From: the human T2T-CHM13v2.0 reference genome, Homo sapiens | Assembly: GCF_009914755.1 (NCBI RefSeq) | Contig: NC_060948.1 | Direction: 5' to 3' (one strand) | Length of the DNA stretch: 64,000 nt | Part shown: positions 25,598 through 39,873 of the stretch, in pieces | Numbering within the stretch: position 1 is the stretch's first letter | How the letters are laid out: every line of letters starts with the position of its first letter | Made by a program: the position numbers and the translations under genes | Notes under the pieces: model-generated | Seen by the model: only the letters and a program-made list of their open reading frames with translations | What the model was told of the DNA's origin: nothing | Databases searched by the model: none

Positions 25598-28500
25598 GGC
25601 CTGGAATAAAGTGGAATGCTACGGTCTCGAATGGAATAAAAATGTATGGAATGGAATGCAATGAAACGGAATCGAATGTCATAGAATGTAATGGAATGCA
25701 AAAAAATGGAATCCAAAATCATTGACTGGAAAGGCTGGGTGTCGAAAGGAATTGACTCCAATGTAATGGAATCGAATGGAATGGAAGTGAATAGAATCGA
25801 ACTAAATCGAATGGAATGGAATTGATAGGAACGGAATGGAAAGGAATGCAATGATTTTGCATGGAATGGAATCGAATGGCATCGAATGGAATGGAATGGA
25901 ATGCAATGGAATGGAATGTATTAGAATGTAATGAACTTTAATGGAATGTACTCGAATGGATTCGACTGGAATGGAATGTTGTGGAAGTGAATGGACTCCA
26001 ATGGAATGGATTCAAAAGGAATGGAATCGTACGGAATGGAATCTAATGGAATGGAATTAAATGGAAATGAATCAAATTGAATAGCACGGAATTGAATTGA
26101 ATGGAATGGAATGCAATGGAATCTAATGAAACGGAAAGGAAAGGAATGGAATGGAATGGAATGGGCTGGAATGGAAAGGAATCGAAACGAATGGAATGGA
26201 ATCGAACTGAAGAGACTGGAATGGAATGCACTGGAATGGAAGGGAGTGTAATGGAAGGTTCTCGAAAAAAATGGAATCGAATGGAATGGAATTGAATGGA
26301 ACGGAATAGAGTCGAATGGAATTGAATGGAATGGAATGGACTAGAGTGAAATGGAATCGAACCACAAGGAATGGACAGGAATAGAATGGTCTCGAATTGA
26401 ATGGAATCGTATGGAATGGCATCAAACGGAATGGAATGGACAGCCACGGAATGGAATGCACTCGAATGCAATGGAGTCGAAACTAATGGACTGGAATAGA
26501 ATGGACTCGACTGGTACGGACTCCAATGGAATGGAATCGAATGGAAGGGAATCGAACGGAATGGACTCGAAGGGAAAAGACTGCAATGGAAAGGTCTCGA
26601 ATGGAATGGAAATTAATGGAATGGAATGGAATCGAATGAAATGGAGTCAAAAGGAATGGAATCGAATGGCAAGAAATCGAATGTAATGGAATCGCAAGGA
26701 ATTGATGTGAACGGAACGGAATGGAATGGAATCCAAAGGAATGGAATAGAATGGAATGGAATCGAATGGAAAGGACTCGAATGGAAATCACTCGAATAGA
26801 ATGCAATTTAATAAAATAGGATCAAATGTAATGGAATGGAATGGAAAGGAATCGAAACGAAAGGAATGGAGACAGATGGAATGGAATGGAACAGAGAGCA
26901 ATGGTATAGAATGGAATGGAATCATCTGGAATGGAATTGAATGGAATGGAATAATATGAAATGGAATGGAATGGAATGGAATGGAATGCCCTTGAATTAA
27001 ATGGACTGGAATGGAATGGACTCGAACAGAGTGGAATGGAAAGTGTTGAGATAGAATGGAATGGACTCCTTTGGAATGGTGTAGTATGCAATGCAATCGA
27101 CTGGCAGGGAATCAAAAGGAATGTAATGGAATGGATTGGACTGGAATGCAATGGACTCGAATAGATTGGAAACGGAATGCAAAGGAATGGAATGGAATAG
27201 TATGGAATGGAATGGAAAGGAATGGAGTGGAATAGACTAGAGTGGAATGGAATGGACTGGAAAGCAATGGACTGGAATGGAACTTTCTTGAATGGACTGG
27301 AATCAAACGGAATGGAATGCAATGCAATCAAATGGCATGGAATAAAATAGAATGAAAGAGAATCAAATGGAATTGAATCGAATGGAATCGAATGGATTGG
27401 AAAGGAATAGAATGGAATGGAATGGAATTGACTCAAATGGAATGGACTAGAATGGAGTGGATTCGAATGGAAGGCAAAGGAATGGAATCTATTGGAATGG
27501 ACTGTAATGGAATGGAATGGAAGGGATTGGAATGGACTCGAATGGAATGGACTGCAATAGAAAGGATTCGAATGGAATGAAAAAGAATTGAATGGAATAG
27601 AACAGAATGGAATCAAATCGAATGAAATGGAATGGAATAGAAAGGAATGGAATGAAATGGAATGGAAAGGATTCGAATGGAATGCAATCGAATGGAATGG
27701 AATCGAACGGAATGGAATAAAATGGAAGAAAACTGGCAAGAAATGGAATCGAAATGAATGGAGTGTTATGGAACGGACTCAAAAGGAATTGAATGTAATA
27801 GAATGGAGTGGAGTGGACTCGAATATAATGGACTGGAATGGAATGAAATCACAAGGAATGGGAACGAATGGAATGGAATGGAAAGGAAAGGAATCGAATG
27901 GAAAGGAATCGAATGGAAGGGAATGAAATTGAATCAACAGGAATGGAAGGGAATAGAATAGACGGTAATGGAATGGACTCGAATAGAATGGACACGAATG
28001 CTGAAATTGAATGGACTCGAATGGAATGGAAACGAAAGGAATGTCATCGAATGGAATTGAATGGATTGGAATGAAATCGCATAGAATGGAGTGGAATCAA
28101 ATGGAATTGAATCGAAAGGAAAGGAAGCGAATGGACTGAAATGAAATGGAATGGAATTGAATGGAAAGTAATGCAATGGAATAGAATGGAACGAAATTTC
28201 ACGGAATGGAATCAAACTGAATGGAATCAAATCAATGGAATCAAATCAAATGGAATGGAAAGGAATTGAATGGAGTAGATTGGATTGGATGGGATTGGAA
28301 TGAAATGTACTGGAAAGGACTCAAATTTCATGAAACGGAATGGAATGAATTGGAACGGAATGGACTCGAATGGAATGGAATGTCATGGAATGGCATCAAA
28401 TGGAATGGCATCAAATGGAATGGAATCGAATGCAATGGAATGCTATGGAATGGAATGGAATGCATTGGAATGGAATGTCCTGTAATGGAATGGATTCGAC

Positions 28501-29181
28501 TGGAATGGAATCGAATATAATGGAGTCGAATGAAATGGAATTGAAAGGAATGGGATTGAATACAATGGAATATACTGGAATGTAATGTAATGAACTCGAA
28601 TGTAATTGACTGGAATGGAATGTACATGAATGGAATGTAATCGAATGGAAAGTAATCCAATGGAATAGAATCTAATGCAATAAAATCGACTCAGATAGAG
28701 TAGAATGTAATGGAATGGAGTGCAGTGCAATGGAATGGAATGGAATGGAATGCAATGGAATGGAATGGAATGGAATGGAATGGAATGGAATGGAATGGAA
28801 TGGAATGGGATGGAATGGGATGGAATGGTATGGAATGGATAGTAATGGACTGGAGTGAAATGGACTGGAAAGGAATGGACTCAAATTGAAAGGGCTCGAA
28901 AGGAATGGAGTCAAATGGAATGGTCTGGAATGGAATGAACACGAATGTAATGCAATCCAATAGAATGTAATCGAATGGCATGGAATATAAAGAAATGGAA
29001 TCGAAGAGAATGGAAACAAATGGAATGGAATTGAATGGAATGGAATTGAATGGAATGGGAACGAATGGAGTGAAATTGTATGCAGTAGAAGGGAATAGAA
29101 TGGAATGCAAGCGAAAGGAAAGGAATGGATTGGAATGGAATGGAATTCATTGGAATGGAAGGGAATGTAGTGTAATGGACA
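25598..29181 (+). repeat. DYZ1 unit 8 (3584 bp, longest)
   Basis: HaeIII spacing; shares private variants with unit 7. Confidence 0.93.
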
Positions 29182-32100
29182 GGCCTGGAATAAAGTGGAA
29201 TGCTACGGTCTCGAATGGAATAAAAATGTATGGAATGGAATGCAATGAAACGGAATCGAATGTCATAGAATGTAATGGAATGCAAAAAAATGGAATCCAA
29301 AATCATTGACTGGAAAGGCTGGGTGTCGAAAGGAATTGACTCCAATGGAATGGAATCGAATGGAATGGAAGTGAATAGAATCGAACTAAATCGAATGGAA
29401 TGGAATTGATAGGAACGGAATGGAAAGGAATGCAATGATTTGGCATGGAATGGAATCGAATGGCATCGAATGGAATGGAATGGAATGCAATGGAATGGAA
29501 TGTATTAGAATGTAATGAACTTTAATGGAATGTACTCGAATGGATTCGACTGGAATGGAATGTTGTGGAAGTGAATGGACTCCAATGGAATGGATTCAAA
29601 AGGAATGGAATCGTACGGAATGGAATCTAATGGAATGGAATTAAATGGAAATGAATCAAATTGAATAGCACGGAATTGAATTGAATGGAATGGAATGCAA
29701 TGGAATCTAATGAAACGGAAAGGAAAGGAATGGAATGGAATGGAATGGGCTGGAATGGAAAGGAATCGAAACGAATGGAATGGAATCGAACTGAAGAGAC
29801 TGGAATGGAATGCACTGGAATGGAAGGGAGTGTAATGGAAGGTTCTCGAAAAAAATGGAATCGAATGGAATGGAATTGAATGGAACGGAATAGAGTCGAA
29901 TGGAATTGAATGGAATGGAATGGACTAGAGTGAAATGGAATCGAACCACAAGGAATGGACAGGAATAGAATGGTCTCGAATTGAATGGAATCGTATGGAA
30001 TGGCATCAAACGGAATGGAATGGACAGCCACGGAATGGAATGCACTCGAATGCAATGGAGTCGAAACTAATGGACTGGAATAGAATGGACTCGACTGGTA
30101 CGGACTCCAATGGAATGGAATCGAATGGAAGGGAATCGAACGGAATGGACTCGAAGGGAAAAGACTGCAATGGAAAGGTCTCGAATGGAATGGAAATTAA
30201 TGGAATGGAATGGAATCGAATGAAATGGAGTCAAAAGGAATGGAATCGAATGGCAAGAAATCGAATGTAATGGAATCGCAAGGAATTGATGTGAACGGAA
30301 CGGAATGGAATGGAATCCAAAGGAATGGAATAGAATGGAATGGAATCGAATGGAAAGGACTCGAATGGAAATCACTCGAATAGAATGCAATTTAATAAAA
30401 TAGGATCAAATGTAATGGAATGGAATGGAAAGGAATCGAAACGAAAGGAATGGAGACAGATGGAATGGAATGGAACAGAGAGCAATGGTATAGAATGGAA
30501 TGGAATCATCTGGAATGGAATTGAATGGAATGGAATAATATGAAATGGAATGGAATGGAATGGAATGGAATGCCCTTGAATTAAATGGACTGGAATGGAA
30601 TGGACTCGAACAGAGTGGAATGGAAAGTGTTGAGATAGAATGGAATGGACTCCTTTGGAATGGTGTAGTATGCAATGCAATCGACTGGCAGGGAATCAAA
30701 AGGAATGTAATGGAATGGATTGGACTGGAATGCAATGGACTCGAATAGATTGGAAACGGAATGCAAAGGAAAGGAATGGAATAGTATGGAATGGAATGGA
30801 AAGGAATGGAGTGGAATAGACTAGAGTGGAATGGAATGGACTGGAAAGCAATGGACTGGAATGGAACTTTCTTGAATGGACTGGAATCAAACGGAATGGA
30901 ATGCAATGCAATCAAATGGCATGGAATAAAATAGAATGAAAGAGAATCAAATGGAATTGAATCGAATGGAATCGAATGGATTGGAAAGGAATAGAATGGA
31001 ATGGAATGGAATGGACTAGAATGGAATGGATTCGAATGGAAGGCAAAGGAATGGAATCTATTGGAATGGACTGTAATGGAATGGAATGGAAGGGATTGGA
31101 ATGGACTCGAATGGAATGGACTGCAATAGAAAGGATTCGAATGGAATGAAAAAGAATTGAATGGAATAGAACAGAATGGAATCAAATCGAATGAAATGGA
31201 ATGGAATAGAAAGGAATGGAATGAAATGGAATGGAAAGGATTCGAATGGAATGCAATCGAATGGAATGGAATCGAACGGAATGGAATAAAATGGAAGAAA
31301 ACTGGCAAGAAATGGAATCGAAATGAATGGAGTGTTATGGAACGGACTCAAAAGGAATTGAATGTAATAGAATGGAGTGGAGTGGACTCGAATATAATGG
31401 ACTGGAATGGAATGAAATCACATGGAATGGGAACGAATGGAATGGAATGGAAAGGAATGGAATCGAATGGAAAGGAATCGAATGGAAGGGAATGAAATTG
31501 AATCAACAGGAATGGAAGGGAATAGAATAGACGGTAATGGAATGGACTCGAATAGAATGGACACGAATGCTCAAATTGAATGGACTCGAATGGAATGGAA
31601 ACGAAAGGAATGTCATCGAATGGAATTGAATCGATTGGAATGAAATCGCATAGAATGGAGTGGAATCAAATGGAATTGAATCGAAAGGAAAGGAAGCGAA
31701 TGGACTGAAATGAAATGGAATGGAATTGAATGGAAAGTAATGCAATGGAATAGAATGGAACGAAATTTCACGGAATGGAATCAAACTGAATGGAATCAAA
31801 TCAATGGAATCAAATCAAATGGAATGGAAAGGAATTGAATGGAGTAGATTGGATTGGATGGGATTGGAATGAAATGTACTGGAAAGGACTCGAATTTCAT
31901 GAAACGGAATGGAATGAATTGGAACGGAATGGACTCGAATGGAATGGAATGTCATGGAATGGCATCAAATGGAATGGCATCAAATGGAATGGAATCGAAT
32001 GCAATGGAATGCTATGGAATGGAATGGAATGCATTGGAATGGAATGTCCTCTAATGGAATGGATTCGAGTGGAATGGAATCGAATATAATGGAGTCGAAT

Positions 32101-32745
32101 GAAATGGAATTGAAAGGAGTGGGATCGAATACAATGGAATATACTGGAATGTAATGTAATGAACTCGAATGTAATTGACTGGAATGGAATGTACATGAAT
32201 GGAATGTAATCGAATGGAAAGTAATCCAATGGAATAGAATCTAATGCAATAAAACCGACTCAGATAGAGTAGAATGTAATGGAATGGAGTGCAGTGCAAT
32301 GGAATGGAATGGAATGGGATGCAATGGAATGGAATGGAATGGAATGGAATGGAATGGAATGGAATGGAATGGAATGGAATGGGATGGAATGGGATGGAAT
32401 GGATAGTAATGGACTGGAGTGAAATGGACTGGAAAGGAATGGACTCAAATTGAAAGGCCTCGAAAGGAATGGATTCAAATGGAATGGTCTGGAATGGAAT
32501 GAACACGAATGTAATGCAATCCAATAGAATGGAATCGAATGGCATGGAATATAAAGAAATGGAATCGAAGAGAATGGAAACAAATTGAATGGAATTGAAT
32601 GGAATGGAATTGAATGGAATGGGAACGAATGGAGTGAAATTGTATGCAGTAGAATGGAATAGAATGGAATGCAAGCGAAAGGAAAGGAATGGATTGGAAT
32701 GGAATGGAATTCATTGGAATGGAAGGGAATGTAGTGTAATGGACA
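29182..32745 (+). repeat. DYZ1 unit 9 (3564 bp)
   Basis: HaeIII spacing; 15-bp deletion near 31010 and extra GGCC at 32456, as in unit 1. Confidence 0.93.
32326..32380 (+). repeat. Pure (GGAAT)11 run within the per-unit variable tract
   Basis: Longest pure run I counted; homologous runs in the units I counted have 6-10 copies. Confidence 0.85.
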
Positions 32746-35700
32746 GGCCTGGAATAAAGTGGAATGCTACTGTCTCGAATGGAATAAAAATGTATGGAAT
32801 GGAATGCAATGAAACGGAATCGAATGTCATAGAATATAATGGAATGCAAAAAAATGGAATCCAAAATCATTGACTGGAAAGGCTGGGTGTCGAAAGGAAT
32901 TGACTCCAATGGAATGGAATCGAATGGAATGGAAGTGAATAGAATCGAACTAAATCGAATGGAATGGAATTGATAGGAACGGAATGGAAAGGAATGCAAT
33001 GATTTGGCATGGAATGGAATCGAATGGCATCGAATGGAATGGAATGGAATGCAATGGAATGGAATGTATTAGAATGTAATGAACTTTAATGGAATGTACT
33101 CGAATGGATTCGACTGGAATGGAATGTTCTGGAAGTGAATGGACTCCAATGGAATGGATTCAAAAGGAATGGAATCGTACGGAATGGAATCTAATGGAAT
33201 GGAATTAAATGGAAATGAATCAAATTGAATAGCACGGAATTGAATTGAATGGAATGGAATGCAATGGAATCTAATGAAACGGAAAGGAAAGGAATGGAAT
33301 GGAATGGAATGGGCTGGAATGGAAAGGAATCGAAACGAATGGAATGGAATCGAACTGAAGAGACTGGAATGGAATGCACTGGAATGGAAGGGAGTGTAAT
33401 GGAAGGTTCTCGAAAAAAATGGAATCGAATGGAATGGAATTGAATGGAACGGAATAGAGTCGAATGGAATTGAATGGAATGGAATGGACTAGAGTGAAAT
33501 GGAATCGAACCACAAGGAATGGACAGGAATAGAATGGTCTCGAATTGAATGGAATCGTATGGAATGGCATCAAACGGAATGGAATGGACAGCCACGGAAT
33601 GGAATGCACTCGAATGCAATGGAGTCGAAACTAATGGACTGGAATAGAATGGACTCGACTGGTAAGGACTCCAATGGAATGGAATCGAATGGAAGGGAAT
33701 CGAACGGAATGGACTCGAAGGGAAAAGACTGCAATGGAAAGGTCTCGAATGGAATGGAAATTAATGGAATGGAATGGAATCGAATGAAATGGAGTCAAAA
33801 GGAATGGAATCGAATGGCAAGAAATCGAATGTAATGGAATCGCAAGGAATTGATGTGAACGGAACGGAATGGAATGGAATCCAAAGGAATGGAATAGAAT
33901 GGAATGGAATCGAATGGAAAGGACTCGAATGGAAATCACTCGAATAGAATGCAATTTAATAAAATAGGATCAAATGTAATGGAATGGAATGGAAAGGAAT
34001 CGAAACGAAAGGAATGGAGACAGATGGAATGGAATGGAACAGAGAGCAATGGTATAGAATGGAATGGAATCATCTGGAATGGAATTGAATGGAATGGAAT
34101 AATATGAAATGGAATGGAATGGAATGGAATGGAATGCCCTTGAATTAAATGGACTGGAATGGAATGGACTCGAACAGAGTGGAATGGAAAGTGTTGAGAT
34201 AGAATGGAATGGACTCCTTTGGAATGGTGTAGTATGCAATGCAATCGACTGGCAGGGAATCAAAAGGAATGTAATGGAATGGATTGGACTGGAATGCAAT
34301 GGACTCGAATAGATTGGAAACGGAATGCAAAGGAATGGAATGGAATAGTATGGAATGGAATGGAAAGGAATGGAGTGGAATAGACTAGAGTGGAATGGAA
34401 TGGACTGGAAAGCAATGGACTGGAATGGAACTTTCTTGAATGGACTGGAATCAAACGGAATGGAATGCAATGCAATCAAATGGCATGGAATAAAATAGAA
34501 TGAAAGAGAATCAAATGGAATTGAATCGAATGGAATCGAATGGATTGGAAAGGAATAGAATGGAATGGAATGGAATTGACTCAAATGGAATGGACTAGAA
34601 TGGAGTGGATTCGAATGGAAGGCAAAGGAATGGAATCTATTGGAATGGACTGTAATGGAATGGAATGGAAGGGATTGGAATGGACTCGAATGGAATGGAC
34701 TGCAATAGAAAGGATTCGAATGGAATGAAAAAGAATTGAATGGAATAGAACAGAATGGAATCAAATCGAATGAAATGGAATGGAATAGAAAGGAATGGAA
34801 TGAAATGGAATGGAAAGGATTCGAATGGAATGCAATCGAATGGAATGGAATCGAACGGAATGGAATAAAATGGAAGAAAACTGGCAAGAAATGGAATCGA
34901 AATGAATGGAGTGTTATGGAACGGACTCAAAAGGAATTGAATGTAATAGAATGGAGTGGAGTGGACTCGAATATAATGGACTGGAATGGAATGAAATCAC
35001 AAGGAATGGGAACGAATGGAATGGAATGGAAAGGAATGGAATCGAATGGAAAGGAATCGAATGGAAGGGAATGAAATTGAATCAACAGGAATGGAAGGGA
35101 ATAGAATAGACGGTAATGGAATGGACTCGAATAGAATGGACACGAATGCTGAAATTGAATGGACTCGAATGGAATGGAAACGAAAGGAATGTCATCGAAT
35201 GGAATTGAATGGATTGGAATGAAATCGCATAGAATGGAGTGGAATCAAATGGAATTGAATCGAAAGGAAAGGAAGCGAATGGACTGAAATGAAATGGAAT
35301 GGAATTGAATGGAAAGTAATGCAATGGAATAGAATGGAACGAAATTTCACGGAATGGAATCAAACTGAATGGAATCAAATCAATGGAATCAAATCAAATG
35401 GAATGGAAAGGAATTGAATGGAGTAGATTGGATTGGATGGGATTGGAATGAAATGTACTGGAAAGGACTCAAATTTCATGAAACGGAATGGAATGAATTG
35501 GAACGGAATGGACTCGAATGGAATGGAATGTCATGGAATGGCATCAAATGGAATGGCATCAAATGGAATGGAATCGAATGCAATGGAATGCTATGGAATG
35601 GAATGGAATGCATTGGAATGGAATGTCCTGTAATGGAATGGATTCGACTGGAATGGAATCGAATATAATGGAGTCGAATGAAATGGAATTGAAAGGAATG

Positions 35701-36309
35701 GGATCGAATACAATGGAATATACTGGAATGTAATGTAATGAACTCGAATGTAATTGACTGGAATGGAATGTACATGAATGGAATGTAATCGAATGGAAAG
35801 TAATCCAATGGAATAGAATCTAATGCAATAAAATCGACTCAGATAGAGTAGAATGTAATGGAATGGAGTGCAGTGCAATGTAATGGAATGGAATGGAATG
35901 CAATGGAATGGAATGGAATGGAATGGAATGGAATGGGATGGAATGGGATGGAATGGTATGGAATGGATAGTAATGGACTGGAGTGAAATGGACTGGAAAG
36001 GAATGGACTCAAATTGAAAGGGCTCGAAAGGAATGGAGTCAAATGGAATGGTCTGGAATGGAATGAACACAAATGTAATGCAATCCAATAGAATGGAATC
36101 GAATGGCATGGAATATAAAGAAATGGAATCGAAGAGAATGGAAACAAATGGAATGGAATTGAATGGAATGGAATTGAATGGAATGGGAACGAATGGAGTG
36201 AAATTGTATGCAGTAGAAGGGAATAGAATGGAATGCAAGCGAAAGGAAAGGAATGGATTGGAATGGAATGGAATTCATTGGAATGGAAGGGAATGTAGTG
36301 TAATGGACA
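32746..36309 (+). repeat. DYZ1 unit 10 (3564 bp)
   Basis: HaeIII spacing; unit 4-type variants in its 3' half. Confidence 0.93.
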
Positions 36310-39300
36310 GGCCTGGAATAAAGTGGAATGCTACGGTCTCGAATGGAATAAAAATGTATGGAATGGAATGCAATGAAACGGAATCGAATGTCATAGAATG
36401 TAATGGAATGCAAAAAAATGGAATCCAAAATCATTGACTGGAAAGGCTGGGTGTCGAAAGGAATTGACTCCAATGGAATGGAATCGAATGGAATGGAAGT
36501 GAATAGAATCGAACTAAATCGAATGGAATGGAATTGATAGGAACGGAATGGAAAGGAATGCAATGATTTGGCATGGAATGGAATCGAATGGCATCGAATG
36601 GAATGGAATGGAATGCAATGGAATGGAATGTATTAGAATGTAATGAACTTTAATGGAATGTACTCGAATGGATTCGACTGGAATGGAATGTTGTGGAAGT
36701 GAATGGACTCCAATGGAATGGATTCAAAAGGAATGGAATCGTACGGAATGGAATCTAATGGAATGGAATTAAATGGAAATGAATCAAATTGAATAGCACG
36801 GAATTGAATTGAATGGAATCGAATGCAATGGAATCTAATGAAACGGAAAGGAAAGGAATGGAATGGAATGGAATGGGCTGGAATGGAAAGGAATCGAAAC
36901 GAATGGAATGGAATCGAACTGAAGAGACTGGAATGGAATGCACTGGAATGGAAGGGAGTGTAATGGAAGGTTCTCGAAAAAAATGGAATCGAATGGAATG
37001 GAATTGAATGGAACGGAATAGAGTCGAATGGAATTGAATGGAATGGAATGGACTAGAGTGAAATGGAATCGAACCACAAGGAATGGACAGGAATAGAATG
37101 GTCTCGAATTGAATGGAATCGTATGGAATGGCATCAAACGGAATGGAATGGACAGCCACGGAATGGAATGCACTCGAATGCAATGGAGTCGAAACTAATG
37201 GACTGGAATAGAATGGACTCGACTGGTACGGACTCCAATGGAATGGAATCGAATGGAAGGGAATCGAACGGAATGGACTCGAAGGGAAAAGACTGCAATG
37301 GAAAGGTCTCGAATGGAATGGAAATTAATGGAATGGAATGGAATCGAATGAAATGGAGTCAAAAGGAATGGAATCGAATGGCAAGAAATCGAATGTAATG
37401 GAATCGCAAGGAATTGATGTGAACGGAACGGAATGGAATGGAATCCAAAGGAATGGAATAGAATGGAATGGAATCGAATGGAAAGGACTCGAATGGAAAT
37501 CACTCGAATAGAATGCAATTTAATAAAATAGGATCAAATGTAATGGAATGGAATGGAAAGGAATCGAAACAAAAGGAATGGAGACAGATGGAATGGAATG
37601 GAACAGAGAGCAATGGTATAGAATGGAATGGAATCATCTGGAATGGAATTGAATGGAATGGAATAATATGAAATGGAATGGAATGGAATGGAATGGAATG
37701 CCCTTGAATTAAATGGACTGGAATGGAATGGACTCGAACAGAGTGGAATGGAAAGTGTTGAGATAGAATGGAATGGACTCCTTTGGAATGGTGTAGTATG
37801 CAATGCAATCGACTGGCAGGGAATCAAAAGGAATGTAATGGAATGGATTGGACTGGAATGCAATGGACTCGAATAGATTGGAAACGGAATGCAAAGGAAT
37901 GGAATGGAATAGTATGGAATGGAATGGAAAGGAATGGAGTGGAATAGACTAGAGTGGAATGGAATGGACTGGAAAGCAATGGACTGGAATGGAACTTTCT
38001 TGAATGGACTGGAATCAAACGGAATGGAATGCAATGCAATCAAATGGCATGGAATAAAATAGAATGAAAGAGAATCAAATGGAATTGAATCGAATGGAAT
38101 CGAATGGATTGGAAAGGAATAGAATGGAATGGAATGGAATTGACTCAAATGGAATGGACTAGAATGGAATGGATTCGAATGGAAGGCAAAGGAATGGAAT
38201 CTATTGGAATGGACTGTAATGGAATGGAATGGAAGGGATTGGAATGGACTCGAATGGAATGGACTGCAATAGAAAGGATTCGAATGGAATGAAAAAGAAT
38301 TGAATGGAATAGAACAGAATGGAATCAAATCGAATGAAATGGAATGGAATAGAAAGGAATGGAATGAAATGGAATGGAAAGGATTCGAATGGAATGCAAT
38401 CGAATGGAATGGAATCGAACGGAATGGAATAAAATGGAAGAAAACTGGCAAGAAATGGAATCGAAATGAATGGAGTGTTATGGAACGGACTCAAAAGGAA
38501 TTGAATGTAATAGAATGGAGTGGAGTGGACTCGAATATAATGGACTGGAATGGAATGAAATCACATGGAATGGGAACGAATGGAATGGAATGGAAAGGAA
38601 TGGAATCGAATGGAAAGGAATCGAATGGAAGGGAATGAAATTGAATCAACAGGAATGGAAGGGAATAGAATAGACGGTAATGGAATGGACTCGAATAGAA
38701 TGGACACGAATGCTGAAATTGAATGGACACGAATGGAATGGAAACGAAAGGAATGTCATCGAATGGAATTGAATCGATTGGAATGAAATCGCATAGAATG
38801 GAGTGGAATCAAATGGAATTGAATCGAAAGGAAAGGAAGCGAATGGACTGAAATGAAATGGAATGGAATTGAATGGAAAGTAATGCAATGGAATAGAATG
38901 GAACGAAATTTCACGGAATGGAATCAAACTGAATGGAATCAAATCAATGGAATCAAATCAAATGGAATGGAAAGGAATTGAATGGAGTAGATTGGATTCG
39001 AAGGGATTGGAATGAAATGTACTGGAAACGACTCGAATTTCATGAAACGGAATGGAATGAATTGGAACGGAATGGACTCGAATGGAATGGAATGTCATGG
39101 AATGGCATCAAATGGAATGGCATCAAATGGAATGGAATCGAATGCAATGGAATGCTATGGAATGGAATGGAATGCATTGGAATGGAATGTCCTCTAATGG
39201 AATGGATTCGAGTGGAATGGAATCGAATATAATGGAGTCGAATGAAATGGAATTGAAAGGAGTGGGATCGAATACAATGGAATATACTGGAATGTAATGC

Positions 39301-39873
39301 AATGAACTCGAATGTAATTGACTGGAATGGAATGTACATGAATGGAATGTAATCGAATGGAAAGTAATCCAATGGAATAGAATCTAATGCAATAAAACCG
39401 ACTCAGATAGAGTAGAATGTAATGGAATGGAGTGCAGTGCAATGGAATGGAATGCAATGGAATGGAATGGAATGGAATGGAATGGAATGGAATGGAATGG
39501 AATGGAATAGGATGGAATGGGATGGAATGGATAGTAATGGACTGGAGTGAAATGGACTGGAAAGGAATGGACTCAAATTGAAAGGGCTCGAAAGGAATGG
39601 AGTCAAATGGAATGGTCTGGAATGGAATGAACACGAATGTAATGCAATCCAATAGAATGGAATCGAATGGCATGGAATATAAAGAAATGCAATCGAAGAG
39701 AATGGAAACAAATGGAATGGAATTGAATGGAATGGAATTGAATGGAATGGGAACGAATGGAGTGAAATTGTATGCAGTAGAAGGGAATAGAATGGAATGC
39801 AAGCGAAAGGAAAGGAATGGATTGGAATGGAATGGAATTCATTGGAATGGAAGGGAATGTAGTGTAATGGACA
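36310..39873 (+). repeat. DYZ1 unit 11 (3564 bp)
   Basis: HaeIII spacing. Confidence 0.93.
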
